Source: Octopus bimaculoides
Taxonomy: Eukaryota
Reading direction: 5' to 3'
Length of the DNA: 64,000 nucleotides
NCBI RefSeq assembly: GCF_001194135.2
Contig: NC_068983.1
Coordinates: forward strand, 68,284,900-68,348,899
The notes below the pieces were generated by a model that was given only the letters and a program-made list of their open reading frames with translations, did no database searches and was not told where the DNA came from. Every line of letters starts with the position of its first letter. Within the stretch, counting starts at the first letter, position 1. Shown in pieces: positions 22,408-36,800 of the stretch. The position numbers and the translations under genes are program-made.

Positions 22408-22449
22408 TTACAGAACCGGTTTCGATCCTTGAGATCTTTTCAACAGTAA
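22408..22449 (-). ncRNA. Minimal type I hammerhead ribozyme motif (U3-A8 core variant), probable Penelope pLTR remnant
   Basis: Minus strand TTACTG-TTGAAAA-GATC-TCAAG-GATC-GAA-ACCGGT-T-CTGTAA: stem I with one mismatch, 4-bp stem II, palindromic stem III/loop ACCGGT, GUU triplet. Confidence 0.6.
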
Positions 22450-23439
22450 ATATGAATAATAGATTTTTGAAAAATTATTGAAAAATTAGATTTTGGTAAA
22501 TTTAAAAGAAAAGTCTTTTTAAAGACATATTTGTATANNNNNNNNNNNNNNNNNNNNNNNNNNNNNNNNNNNNNNNNNNNNNNNNNNNNNNNNNNNNNNN
22601 NNNNNNNNNNNNNNNNNNNNNNNNNNNNNNNNNNNNNNNNNNNNNNNNNNNNNNNNNNNNNNNNNNNNNNNNNNNNNNNNNNNNNNNNNNNNNNNNNNNN
22701 NNNNNNNNNNNNNNNNNNNNNNNNNNNNNNNNNNNNNNNNNNNNNNNNNNNNNNNNNNNNNNNNNNNNNNNNNNNNNNNNNNNNNNNNNNNNNNNNNNNN
22801 NNNNNNNNNNNNNNNNNNNNNNNNNNNNNNNNNNNNNNNNNNNNNNNNNNNNNNNNNNNNNNNNNNNNNNNNNNNNNNNNNNNNNNNNNNNNNNNNNNNN
22901 NNNNNNNNNNNNNNNNNNNNNNNNNNNNNNNNNNNTACCAGACATACACATAAATATCTCTATAGAGATATACACACACATCCATATTTGAAGGAGCTGG
23001 ATGTAATAAACAAGACATTTATATTAATTTCTGAAATATATGAATCCACTTTTAATGTATGGTAAAACAAAACTGAAACAAGCTTTATGAAAAGAAAAAC
23101 CATGCACAAAGCAAAAGAAAATAGAAAAAAAAAAGAATAAAAAGCAGTGTTCCAGCATGGCCATGGCTTGCAGGGTTGGAACCAGTAAAAAAGAATAAGC
23201 CAAGGAGGCAGTGAAAGGCATTTTTTGAGACCAACATGTGAAAATGAGCAAATGCTGTATGTGTAATGAAAGTAACTAGGGATTACATCTTTAAACACTC
23301 TATAGGAATCAAACCTGGCTAGCTAAATTGTTGAGTTGAGACCAATTAACTCTCATGTATTGTTATTAGATGTAATAGATAGTTTCCATTATCTAGGTGA
23401 CCAAATAAGAGGTTGTTCTGAAAGTAGTTGCTAGAATAA

Positions 23440-24530
23440 CTGGCTGGGCAAACTTCAGAGATCTATTACCTTTATTGATAACAAAGGGCCTCTTCTTCAG
23501 AGTGAAAGGCAGTTTGTATGATACCTGTATATGGACAGCTATGCTACATGACAGTGAAACATGGACTGTGAGTGCAGACAACATGCAAAGGCTTGAAAGA
23601 AATATAAGCCAGCATGTTCCCTTGTATGTGGCATATCCGTAAACATTTACAACAAAGTGTAAATGTTTTGAGAGAAAATTGGGTACAAGGGACATCAAAT
23701 GTAGTGTGCAAGAGAGAAGACTGCACTGGTATGGCCATGTGATGTGTATGGATGAAGACAGCAGCAAAAATAAGTGTCAATCTCTAAATGTGGAGAGAAC
23801 CCGTGAAAAGAAAAACATCAGGAAGATGTGGGATGAAGTGGTGAAAGCTTATCTTCAGATGCTGAGTCTCACAGAGATGACAAAGGACTGACACAATTAG
23901 CAACTTACTGTGCTTGAGAAGACCAATATAGCAAAGTAAAATTGAGGTCACAAAGGCATGTTCTTAATGTCCACCTCCACCTCTGCACACAATTTTCCTT
24001 GGTGAACCTCACACCCGCAACCTATCTTCAGTCTTTCAACTCTTCCTTCTTCCCTCCATTCTGACTCATCACCCATTGTATTTCCCTCTACCTTCCACTC
24101 TCCCTCAAGAACTTACCTTCATACAATTTGTTCCCCATCTAAGCTCTTCCTCCTAATACCCTTTCCTTCTGCGATCCTTCACAGTATCCCCCCCCATCTC
24201 TTTTTACAATCTTGTGAACTTACCCACCCACTCACCCTCTCCAATTCCCTGTAACTTGGCGGTATGACCCCACCCCCACTGCCTCATCTTTATCAATTTC
24301 TCTCCACCTAAAATAGCCATATTTTTTCCATACTGCGACATACCTTATTCTCTCCCTCAATACTCCTCCTTCACTCAGTCGAAGGGTCATGTCATGCAAG
24401 TTACCTGGTGACTTCAATGCTGCTTGTGCCACATAAAAAGCACCTGGTATACTCTATAAAGTGATTGGCAATAGGAAGGGCATCCAGCAGGAGAAACCAT
24501 GCCAGCATGGAAAATGGATGTTAAATGTTT
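23440..24530 (+). mobile_element. Decayed RTE LINE C-terminus and 3' UTR
   Basis: IKCSVQERRLHWYGHVMCMDED...WDEVVKAYLQMLSLTEMTKD, then a pyrimidine-rich UTR and a decayed tail (aaaagcacc...ggaagggcatccagc...gcatggaaaatggatgttaa). Confidence 0.75.
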
Positions 24531-25354
24531 CTTGTCAAGGTAGAATTTAATTTAATCCATAATGTTATTAAGTAGCTTCTTCACAGATTAAATTACAATT
24601 CTATCTTGACAAAACCCATACAACTGCTAAATGCCATTTTACTAAGATCTGATAAGCAGATCTCTCCATCTCATTGACACAAATACTGGTCAATAAGGTA
24701 GTTGTAAATCAGCTTAAGTTTACTACTATAAACACCCAACTTTATTATGTGTACTACTTTTTGCAGAGGCATTCTAGCTTTGATGACAATAAAATGGCAC
24801 TTGCAAGTTTTTTACTACAGCACTAAAACCTTGTGCGAGCATCTGGCAGATGGAAACTGAAAGAAGTCCATTCTATCTATGTATCTATCTACTTCTGTGT
24901 GTGTGTGTGTGTGTATATGCTCGTGTGCACCCTTGTCTAAACATCATGTGATGATTGTAAATGGGCAGCAGCATCATACAAAGTTGTTCAATTTCCATTT
25001 TCCATAAAAAACATGTCAAGTCATCCATCTGCCTCTGGGAAGTGGACATTAAATGATGATGAAGATGATGAGTAACTACTTATGATGCAAATAGTTAAAT
25101 GCCTTCAGACTCTGATTTTAGGTGTATTCTTGTGATTTTATTAACTGTGAGGTCTTTTTAGTTTTGGTGTCTTGGTATTTTTGTTTCAGTCTTTTGTACG
25201 ATTTTTGGAGGCTCATTTCAGAAATGTTTCTAAAGGAGTTTACTGTGTGTACATATTAAATAAAGTTGAGATTGTGATATGATGTGACTATTGATGAAGC
25301 TATTAATTACTTTGTATAAAGTCTGAATTTTCTGCTTTCCACCTGCTTTTTATA

Positions 25355-25600
25355 ATTTGTTTCTTGAAGCTGGCTGGTCTTACACCTCCTTCATTCAGAC
25401 ACCATGATCCACTTGTCTCTCCACCTCTTATCACCAGTGTTGTTTCTATTTCCACTAGTCCAACACCAGCCACTAGGCTAAATTCTACCTCCCCAATACA
25501 ATGGTTCTCTGGAATCTTCTCCCAACTGCCATTCCTGCAGGTGTTGAACTGAAACAATTTAAATGGAACTTTGTGGACATCAAGCTGACTGGTGTTGAAG
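25355..25600 (+). mobile_element. Decayed CR1/Jockey-type LINE 3' fragment
   Basis: gagctggctggtctt... and VLWNLLPTAIPAGVELKQFK resemble a LINE RT C-terminus (LWN.LP...F); homologous copies at 41545 and 51180. Confidence 0.55.
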
Positions 25601-28600
25601 TATCTCCTAAGTCATGGGCAGGTAAAAAAAAATGTCTAATTCAACATAAATATATAAAATAATTGTATAATTTTTACAGCTATTTGTCTGAGTTTGGTTC
25701 ATAAATCATTGCAGAGGCTGAACTGGAAATAAGAAAATCATTTTCAAAAACTGAACTCCAAGAAAAAGAAAACATAACTCACTAGAATGTAGAATTTGAT
25801 ATAATGTTTTATTTGTAAAGACATGCAACGTTTTTTTTTTATATTTACTGTTTTCAATCCTGGGTATTTGTTAGTATAAGGGATGGGGAAAATAAAGTAA
25901 AGAATTTTAACATATTTTACAGAAATATATAGCAACACTGCTGCTTTTATTATTGGCTTGTACAGGGGTTATATTACAGGGCTTAATATATTTGGCAGCA
26001 ACAAATGGTGTGTATACACAATTTATGTACAATTGCCAATTTACATACATGCACATGGTGTCTGTTGATGAAACAGCTATACATATATATATAGAGAGAG
26101 CGAGTGAGAGGGAGAGAAAGATAGGAATATAAAGTTTTGCACTCTTACAGTAATGGAGATGGCACTCAGAAATAAAACGAATTTCAAATATAAATGAATA
26201 ACAGGAGACAAGAAAGAAAATAGAAACAAAAAAAAAAAAAAAGAAAATAGAAAAGCAAACATCAAAAAGAAAAAAAAACTTGCCCAAAAGTGAAGGAATA
26301 TGACAGATGAAAAAGCCAAGAAAAACATAAAAATTATAAAGATGAAGTCTGTAATGATTAATTAGAGAATGAAGTGTAGATGAAGATACGTGAATATCCA
26401 AGAATGAGAGGTGATCAATTTGTATCAGGTGCTGGCTGCTTATGTGGAAATAAATACAGGCAAATCTTAAATATAACACAAACAGAAAATCAAAATATGT
26501 ATGAAGGCAGTTAGTTAAGAAACAGATTACATTAAACAAGTTGAGCTGAACACAAACTCAGTAATGAACTTGACAAACAATGAAAAACTCTAGCTCAAAT
26601 TTCCATGACCCTTTTCCTGTGAGATTAGTGAACTAACAACATGTCATTGTATCAGTGAAGGAAAATAATACTCTTTTCCTCATATATACACCAAACCCTT
26701 AACAACATCAGCTAACTGACCATGGAGTAAAAACAGTATTATATTATACATAGTTTAAAACTGGGTGTGTTTACACATAATGACTTATATCAGTATATTA
26801 AACTACCAATAGGTAACTCTTAATATAATGGTAGCTAAGATTAAATCAACAAATGGTAACTGGCAGTTGATAATATGATGTTTGCAAAAGTGAAATGTAG
26901 CATAGCAGATGCTATTTCATTGAAAACTAACATAGATAAATCTTGAAGAGAATTATTACAAAAGCTTGTGAACTTTGTAAACAATGAAGAGAGTTGTACT
27001 AAAAAAAAAGAAAAGAAAATTGTAACAGCAATATTGCCTATTATTTATATTGTTGTTATATTTTGCCATTACTTTTTATATCTAATAACATGTAGACTAA
27101 ATTTAGAACAAATACATGCACTAAAACCTAAGGTTTGTGTGATAAAAAAGTGTGCCTTAAAAAGATCTTTTGTACAGATAAACAAAAACTGTAGGAAGCT
27201 ATCAACCGAGGTAAAACTGTTGGAACAGTGTGATATACACACATAATAATAGTCCATCTATACTTACTCTACCTTACATGTTCAAATGATTATGAAGCTT
27301 TACAATCATTTACATTACTATCCAGTAAATATATCCGCAAAAGTTTTAGTTTTCTCTACATACACTTCTTTACACATATATGTATATCACTTTGTTAGTG
27401 TATTTTTTTCAACCCAAGTTTTTACTATTTAACTATACTAGAGTGGCACAGTGCAGTTTTTAATCAAGATAGCTGGGTATTTTTTACGATTATCATTGTT
27501 CCAGCATTCAGTATTGGAGAGTTGTGAAACAGTATCTTTCTATCGGTGAAGCTCAATATTTTCATATCTCTCACATTTGATTAATTTACCTCCTCTATAA
27601 TCCCTTCCCATCCAAAACTCATTGTACTTATTCATAATTGTCACTCTTAGATATATCATCAATATCTTTCAGGCCCACTTACTTTCTTAACTCATTTGCA
27701 CAATTTTAAAGACAGAAAAAAAGCATTCCAGTTCAATATTCTTCAAAGAGATATACAACTGTCAGGAAATTGTAGGAGTAGAAAGTTTAGAAAACAACTC
27801 ATTAGCACAAGAATATAGTGTAGAAACAAACCAACCAACCTTTAGACAAAACACTTTTGTACTCAATAATTATGCATCAATTTAATGACACACCAGCTAA
27901 TTCTAACAATGAAAAAGACAAGATTTTAAAAAAATTATTCCAAACTGATACTGTTTAAATATAAACTTAATCAAGTCTAATTTGTGGAAAATACTAATAA
28001 AATCCCTATGAAGTGGTATAGGACTAACTATAGCTTAGAACAACTATTGGTTGATATGTTGTCAATAAAATGACTAACTTTCCTTTCTTGATGGAATTAG
28101 TTAAAGGATTTAACTTCTGATTAAGCAAGATTTTTAGTAGCATATTTACTACAATAATTAAAACCACTAAAATAGTAGAACATTTTTGTGGATATCAATA
28201 ACATATCTGCAGAAAATATGTAATGAATTATTTTCATTGTTATGAAGAAGCCATTGAATTGCAATTATTATGCAGACTAGTAGTTATGTGATACCAACTA
28301 TACAGGTATTTAGTAAAAAGAGTTGTGAGTGTTTGCATGCTAACCATGTCATCATACATTTCTAAAATTGATAGAAATATCAAAAGCTTTTTTTCTGCAT
28401 TAAACTGTTGTTCAAGCAAATTCTTGAGTTGGTTTAGTTATAGGATATTTTAACAGTGACTGTTGTAATATTTATTAGATTCTTTCATATCATTGTTACT
28501 AACAAAGGTAGAAAGAATTCAATACATTCAATGTAACTACAAACCAAAATGTAAGTAGCTGAAGAAAGAATTATGTCTACATTTTACCATAAACTGTTAG

Positions 28601-31600
28601 CAAAAGAGAAAGTTAGTAAGATAATATCAATGTATAAACTGTGATCTAAATAAGTTACTGGAAAGCCAGTATTAAGGAAAAAAAAAATACTGCCAATGGA
28701 TAATACAGCAGTAATAGCAAGGGACAACAGCAGCAATCAAATCAATAACATTTGATTAAAAAAAACAAAGAAGATATTTGGAATATCTCAAGAATTCAGT
28801 CAGATTTTTTAACTTTTAAATGGAAGACACATTTATATAATGGCAGCAGAGAAATGTTGCAAATAAAGAAACGAACAACCAAATATTTAAGGGAAAATAA
28901 AATCTCTTTAACAAAAAGTTGGGGCTTTGTCATTTTGTCTCAAAATAAACTTTGAAGTATACCAGCATGTTAATATTTTAACAAAACCTACACAACCTGA
29001 TCGTTGTTAACGATAACAAATTGAGAAACGCTATCACATGTTAAACTACAAACAACACATCCATAAATATATGGGTGTAAACAGTGATCTCACAATAGGG
29101 AACCTTCTTAGATGAAATGGAAACTAAACCTATGCAACAGTAATGACTACAACATAACTGCAAGGGTATGTGTGTGTGTGTGTATATTCAGGAATGGTTA
29201 CTGGTATCTGGTAGCAGTGCAGAGGAGCAACAACAACAGACAAGTGGTATTTGTGTGAAGGGGGTTAAGAGGGAACAAACTTGCAACAAGGGAAGTAAGC
29301 AGAAATACAAGTAGCCAACGAAAATTGAAATGTTGCATAGGTAAAGTGAAGGTGATGCTGTTGACAGCTGAACAATAGGTTAGTAAATATATTAGTTGCA
29401 ATCTCAATGGGTATTGATATTATTACTACTAACAATACTAAATAAGCAGCTTCTATACATAAGGTAAATTCCATGCACAAATGTTAAAAGGCTATTCTGG
29501 CATGTTAAGTGCATCAACAAAGGAATTTAGAGGAGTAGCAATTTATAATAATTGCCAGTTGTGATGGTAATAATGTTTAATTGTAAGTTATCTACAAACT
29601 TGGGATTGAAGTAAAAACTAGTCAACAGCAATCACTAACAAGTGAGATGATTTATTTTGTATGTTAATGTATTTAAATTCTGGAATGACTTTTGGGAAGA
29701 CGATTTCAATAAAGATGTTGAAAAATATGAAGTGATTTGTTCGAAAATCACAGAAAAATGTAAGAAAAACAGCTGGAACATAAAACCATATTTTGAGACA
29801 CTAACAAAGCCCTTACAGATTATTATCACACAAATAGTGTATTTTCTTGAGGTTTAACAGGAAACTTACCAGTGGAGTAAAGGTCCACAGAGGTGGCAGT
29901 TTACATTGATACAAATCAGAAAAACTGAATTTCAATCATAACATAAAATAACAAGAATAAATTCAGCTACGAGATGCTTCATAGTTTTCAGTCAGAAGTA
30001 AAACATTGTGATAAAGTGCTGGGAAGACAAAATAAAGTTCAGAATAAAAAATAATAAAAAGAAAATTGTTTAAATGACATTTTAAGGAAGACATTTACCC
30101 TCAAGTTTAAAAACTCAATATATGATAAATTATGACAAAATGTTGACTTGTTATTTTTAACTTAATCACAGAAACTACAACTGAACAATTGTCTCTGTAT
30201 GGATTCCTTTCTATAATTGAACTAGTTCACAGAATGGTCAGGATCTAATCTATACATCAATGTGAATGGAATTGTCCTAAAACAGTATCATGGCTAGGTT
30301 TTGCGGGCCAGTTATGTGTTGGGTTCTTCATACTATCACACAGAAGATTCACTCACTACACACATCGTCTTTGATAAGCAACCTTTTTCACTTTTTCACT
30401 GAAACAGGTTGGAGACACTGCTGAAACATAGCCACAATTTTCCCACCATAGATGTCACCTAATGTTTAAATAAAAATTCCAAAGATTTATCATCAGAACA
30501 TATTCTTGAATTTTAAATCCACAGTTAAGACAAAACATGTAATAATGGTTGAGGTTTTACTTGATAGCCATGTATAATAATAAAAGTAAGCGGATATAAA
30601 AAATTCAGGCATTATTACTACATATGAGCATGGCAGGGAGAGTGTGGTGTAGGCTTAATTATATGGAAAAGCTACTCAGCTAAAAACAAGCTGCAGTCAT
30701 GACAGGTGACATTTCTAACTAAGAGAGAAATCCTTAGCTGTAAGTGAAAATTCATTTACAAACTAAGAAATTTATGTATACATACAGGGTTTGCTAATCG
30801 AGACATTACACACAACCAAAAAAAAAAAAAAAATTCAACACAGGTACTTGACAAAAGAAGGTGTCTGTGCTGAAATGATTTAACAATCAGCAAACCCTAT
30901 ATTAACCAAATTTCAGTAATTTCAATGAAAATACTGAAATCTGTCTCACACTGTTAGCTAACCATCAATCTTTAGAGTCATATATTTTTTATCCAATGAA
31001 TTAGAACTTAGTGTTGACAAAGTCATTAATGAATGGAAAAACTGATGGTAGTTGTTATCTCTAAACAGAAGCTAGTGTGATCTAATTAGTTAAATATTGA
31101 TATTATATTAATTCACATTGATTCACATTTTGGTCATCAATGTGGCTAAACATAATACTTAGTTGAAAAATAAGAAAATTCCAAAAATTTCAACAAGTAC
31201 AACCATAGTATTCAAATGTCACAATTTGATGGGAAGAACAAAGTTTAACAATGAAAACTAAATATGGAAGCACAGCAGCTACATTTATATATTGGGGAAT
31301 GACAGATCAAGTGAAGCTACATGTAATAATTGAGAATAGAAAAGTGCCATTTCAAAAATGTTCAGCAATAAAAATATATTTGAATGGGAGATAAATTTCA
31401 TCAAAACTATAAGTGCCTTCTTTTAAAAATGTTCTTACTTTTCCTACTTGCAATTATTGGTTTGATTAATATCTCTAGTGCAACAGAAAGTTGTGTAATT
31501 CAATGATGAGCTGGCAACAAAAGGAAAGCAAACTGCTAGAATGAAGCAGTTAAGCTATCTCTACCAAGTGGGACCCGATGATGTGCTCTAATTGGCATAT

Positions 31601-33022
31601 GTACCTCATACTCATGGTGAAATCTTATGGAAGACAGAATAACTTATCAAGTATTTTGGAGTGAAAATAAGAATTCAAAGAAATTACTTCATCTGAGAAT
31701 TTCATTGTATAAATCATGCTAAAAAAGCAATTATTTACAATTAACAAATCACAAGGTTAATGACACTAAATTTGTAAAACAAAATGGATTGTTTAAAAAC
31801 AAACATACAATAAGAGAAGTGTACTAACTAGATTTTCTGGAACACAAATTTAACATTGTACCAAAGCTATTATTTACTGATGTATGACATATTACATACA
31901 TATATAACAGCCAGAATGATACTAGTGTGGGAAAAGCAGGAGTTAGAAAGTATCAGAAATCTTCTATGAAAATTCTAGAACAGACCTAAATTCAGTAAAC
32001 TACAACATAGACAATCAAAAGTTAATTTTTAAATACAATCTTTAGAAGAAATGTCTTCCAAGCTGAGACTATGATGACACCATTGTAATCTTTCTTATAA
32101 TCTATGTAAATAAGGAGTGAAGGTTAAACCAAAATCTAATTCTACTATTGATGACCATTCTAATATAGAATGGTAAGTCCAAAGCAAGGTTAATCATTTT
32201 AAATGTCAGCTTAGAAACAACAAATGATAATATACCAAAGGCAGCATTAAAGTGGTACACATATGTACACATGTGTAATACTTAATGAGGTTAACAACCT
32301 CAAATCTTTTCCTTTAGTAATACTAAACATTGTTAACATGGCATCAAGCAAAACTATCAAATAACAGATGATTAAAGAAAAGTATAATGAAATATATATG
32401 TGTGTGTGTATGTGAATGCATATAATGATTAAGGGAAACTTGAAGAAACATTTGAATATATGTGTATATGTGTATAATGGAATAGCTTTGCTGCTTTGTG
32501 AGTGTTAGCAATATGAAGCGACACATATACATGTATTCATGTGCACACAAGCATATACAAGCACACACACATGCATATTTACCAACAAAAACACACAGAT
32601 GAATGTCCATTATCAGTGTTTTTTTGAATTAGCATATGATTTAAATAGAATAATAATATTACATTAACGATCTAACAAATACTCATGAAATTAAAAATCT
32701 GACAAACATCACTGCCTCACTTACAGCAAATGAAAAACATTTCTGAGACTAGTATGATAAAAATATATAATCTTAATGGACTACAGTTTTAACTGATTCA
32801 GTATCTAAATACTGAGGAACCAAAGCTAACCAACAACAAAGAAATTACTGAGTATGAGGATTAATGAACAAGCTACTACAATAGAACTCATCCCACCCTC
32901 CCTCCAAAAGCTCCCACATGAAATAGTTGGTTTCAGTGTCTGCATGTGTAAAACACATGTATACACTTATGCAGAGAGTATTCATTTGTGTGGGTGCATA
33001 TAATATATATTACACACACATA

Positions 33023-33027
<5 letters not shown>

Positions 33028-33110
<83 letters not shown>
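33028..33110. repeat. (TA)n microsatellite; one of many (also about 7600-7680, 14866-14893, 18500-18593, 21047-21100)
   Basis: Directly visible long TA dinucleotide run. Confidence 0.95.
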
Positions 33111-33112
<2 letters not shown>

Positions 33113-33725
33113 CACATGTGTGTTTGTATCCATATATATATACATATATATAAAATAAACACAAAACTTGTAAACATTGAAAAAAAATCAAAAAAGTAAA
33201 ATATATGTAATAAAAGCAATAACAATTATTAGAATATCATCATTATTATTATTATCATCAGTATTATGATTTTTCCCTCAATGCTGACATTAACACTGCA
33301 CCTCTTTTTTCATGGGCATTTATTTTCCAACTACATCAGCATCACTGTAATAAGAACACAGTAAATGGCCAACTACAGAAATGATGTCTTTTGTTAACAA
33401 GAGTGAGACACAAAAGATTTTTTCATTTCATATCCACTGGCTTGTGTATTTTCAAATGTGTTGGCAACAGTAGAGATGGTGGCAATTATTGGTCATCTCT
33501 GACTCACACAACCAATCATATTATGATATAGAAGTCTTTAGTGGATGGTAAGGAAGGTGGGATGGTGTGGGTTGATTGGGGTTGGGACAACAAGACACTG
33601 CATTGGAATGTTGTTCATGTTAACATTCACACTACCTTCACATTCGTTCAAGCAGTTCAAGTCTCATTCATTTCACTCAGTTTCCATTCATCTAACTCTC
33701 CAATTGTAGTAATGAAAATAATAAT

Positions 33726-33760
<35 letters not shown>

Positions 33761-33792
33761 TAATAGTTATAACAACAGTTCAGATATCAATC

Positions 33793-33872
33793 CTAAGACA
33801 GCTGCGATGTTGTGGGCATCTGCTCAATTCTTGTTTCTGTATTGGTCTTGAAGATATTCTCTGTCTCTTTAA
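33793..33872 (-). CDS. Terminal coding exon of the myomegalin/CDK5RAP2-like gene
   Basis: Acceptor cttccaccctcttag|TT; (I)KETENIFKTNTETRIEQMPTTSQLS*; stop TAG at 33795-33793. Confidence 0.7.
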
Positions 33873-36800
33873 CTAAGAGGGTGGAAGAAAGAAAGGAAAC
33901 AATTGTTAGGTAACAATATAAAAAAAGCCAAGACAAAAACATATAAATGATAAGTAAATGAAAGAAATAAGGTTGAAAGTGAGGTAGTCTCCTCAAGCAG
34001 TTACAGAAACAGTAGAGTGATGAACTAAATTACATATTTAAATTTTGGGCACTGTACATTCTGAATTCAAACCCAACTGAATCTATCCTCTGACACCAAA
34101 CATTGCATTAACAAATCCCTTAACTCCTTAGGGGTCATTGGGGCGCTGCAGCCATGCAGCGTATTTAGAGTGTGAAAGTCTGGTGGAGCCCATCCCTCCT
34201 CAGGCTAAACTTATTTCTACAGTTGAATGAACTGGAGTAATGTGAAATGAAGTGTTTTGCTCAAGAATACAATGGATCACCTGGTCCAGGGATTGAAATC
34301 ACAATCTTACGGTCGCGAATCCAACACCCTAACCATTAAGTGATGCGCCTCCACTAACACTGAATCACTCCTCTACAAATACGCAGTTTATTACCAATCT
34401 AAGAAATTACTACTTAGTGATAATGTAGTGTATTTAACAGAGTATCAAATAAGGTTCTAGTGAAGTGAGTCTCTAATCACATCTTGATCTCTAGTTGAGG
34501 TCAGTTCACTTCAATTATTATTACTGCTAATCTTCTTGAGCATCAGATATCTATTTGACCTGCCTTAGAAATTTGTGGCTTCATATCTGTGTAAGAAATC
34601 CTCATTTAGAAATCACTACAACTGGTGACCCCTAACAAAGCCTATATTAATGAGAGTTTGAAAGGTAGAAAACATACTATGCCACAGTAGATCATCTTCA
34701 ACATGTGTTGGACCATTCTCCGCCGCAGTTCGTACTTTCTCTGGAAAATTAAGATATCTGTTCTGGATTTCACTTATTTCTGTCATTAAGACTTCATTCT
34801 GCAGAAAAATGAAATAAACCAATAAAGTGGAAATACAGAAATCTCAATACAAGATGCCAAAAGGTTTTATTTATTTATTTTTAATAGAAAACAATAGCCA
34901 CTGAATTCAGTGAAATTATTCTTTTTTAATATTCAATAACAGTGCAGTGGATTGGTATTGGTTTCAGCACTTTATGTTCTGAGTTCAAATCTCACTCAGG
35001 TCCATTTTATCTTTATTCTTCTGAGGTCAATAAAATAAAGTACCAATCAAATACCAGCATTGATATTACTGACTGTTTCCTTTCCAAAATTTGAGGTCTC
35101 ATGCCTATGTAAGAAATCAATATTGAGTAAAAGCTTGATGAGGAAATAAACAATAGACAGTTGGCTGCAACTCAATTATGCCTTGCATAAGTCAGTTGCA
35201 TTTCTTTCTATATTCTGTTCAAATACATGCCTTTCATCTCATTGGAATTGATAAATGTAATGTAAAGTGGACTTGTGTCTAAGTAGGAAATCAATATTCT
35301 TCAGTAGTAGGAGAGAAAAAGAAATGACAAGCGGACAAAGTCATTACTAAACACATATGCATACACACACACATTGAAGCTATATGATGCAACCACTTAG
35401 ATTACAGAAAAGAAAAAGTAAACCAAAAACATAACATCATACTGCCACTATCACCAGTCATAAATTTACACTGTCACCTCTCCCTTGTAATTTTATGATT
35501 CCCTTAACTTTGGGATTTGTTCTGGTGCTGTTCTTAGTGTATTGTAAATAAATAAAATGACAGATAGCATCTAGTTTTCTTTTCCAGCAGCACATAGAAC
35601 AGTCTGAATTCAGTATTCCTTAATTATCAAGAGTACATGTATATAGAGCTAAGCTACATCTCAGTATGAGACCTACTCACATATAGATAAGCTAGATCAT
35701 TGAGAGTCAGGGATTTTAATAAGACACGTGATGCAATATCACATATAAAAAATACTCCTTTGACTTGCAGTCTGATATTCTAAAAAAAACTTGGCCAGTT
35801 GTAAATCGGTCCAGCAAAAAAAAATAAAAGGTAATTCTACAATTGTTAGCCCTCAAAAGATTACAGATTATAAACTGGTGAAGAATTAAAGCTATTATTT
35901 CATGAATTATTTAATGATAAAAAAAAAAATCTATAATTATATTTATAGGATCTAGGAATGTTTTAAACCTTATAATAAATGTTGCACAAATCATTTTTGT
36001 CTCTTTATTTTTTCATCAAAATCTGAGAGATCTTACCTTCTTGTTTTGCAATAATTTGGACATCTGCCCTTTCTTGTAACGAGCTGGAAGTTGTGATAAC
36101 CAGAAATTGCCAATAAGACGACTTTCTTCATTCAAGCAGACATTCAAATTATTAACCAGAAGTGATAATTCACGTAAAATACTGTACTCTGCATTCTGCA
36201 ACAAAGTGGACAGTGAAAGACAAATAAATAACAGCTTTTATATTCATATAAATATGTTCAGATAAGTTTATCATTAATATGTAGTTAATGCTAAGCTAGA
36301 AATACAACATTGACATTTTGTTGGCATTTTCATTGATATTAGTATAAAATCTTTTGGAGCACTGCTATGTATCTAAAGGTAAGCTAACTTAGTTGAGCCC
36401 ATCTTTCTTCATGATATACTGGGGAGGATGTTGAATACAGTATTGTAACCCAACAAAACACTTGCAGTTATTACACATAACTAGGTAGATTGGGCTGTTG
36501 AGAATCAGTTATGTTGGCTAAAGACACAGCAGGATCTGAGGAAACTGTGTCAGCAGATAGTAAATACAATCAGTTAGTGGTTTAGGGGAAGAGAAGTTTG
36601 ATGTTTTATGCAGGATGCTGCATTGAAGAGATAACAAAGGGGTCTGTCCAAAACATCAAACTTTTCCTCAGGGCAAATTAAGTTATTGGTGAAATGTATC
36701 CATTTATTATATCAGTTTGATTAAAATTTTTGATAAAATATACTGATGACGTACTAACTCTTTAACAATCTATTTCTACTCATCTTTAATTATTAGTAAG

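Noticed and set aside
25500-25621. Plus-strand exon-like segment ending gcag|gtaaaa
   Set aside because: The reading is explained as a decayed CR1-type LINE 3' end shared with 41545 and 51180; no partner exons found.
30230-30470. More GC-balanced patch that looked like an exon
   Set aside because: Stops in the frames examined and no convincing splice pair or protein motif.
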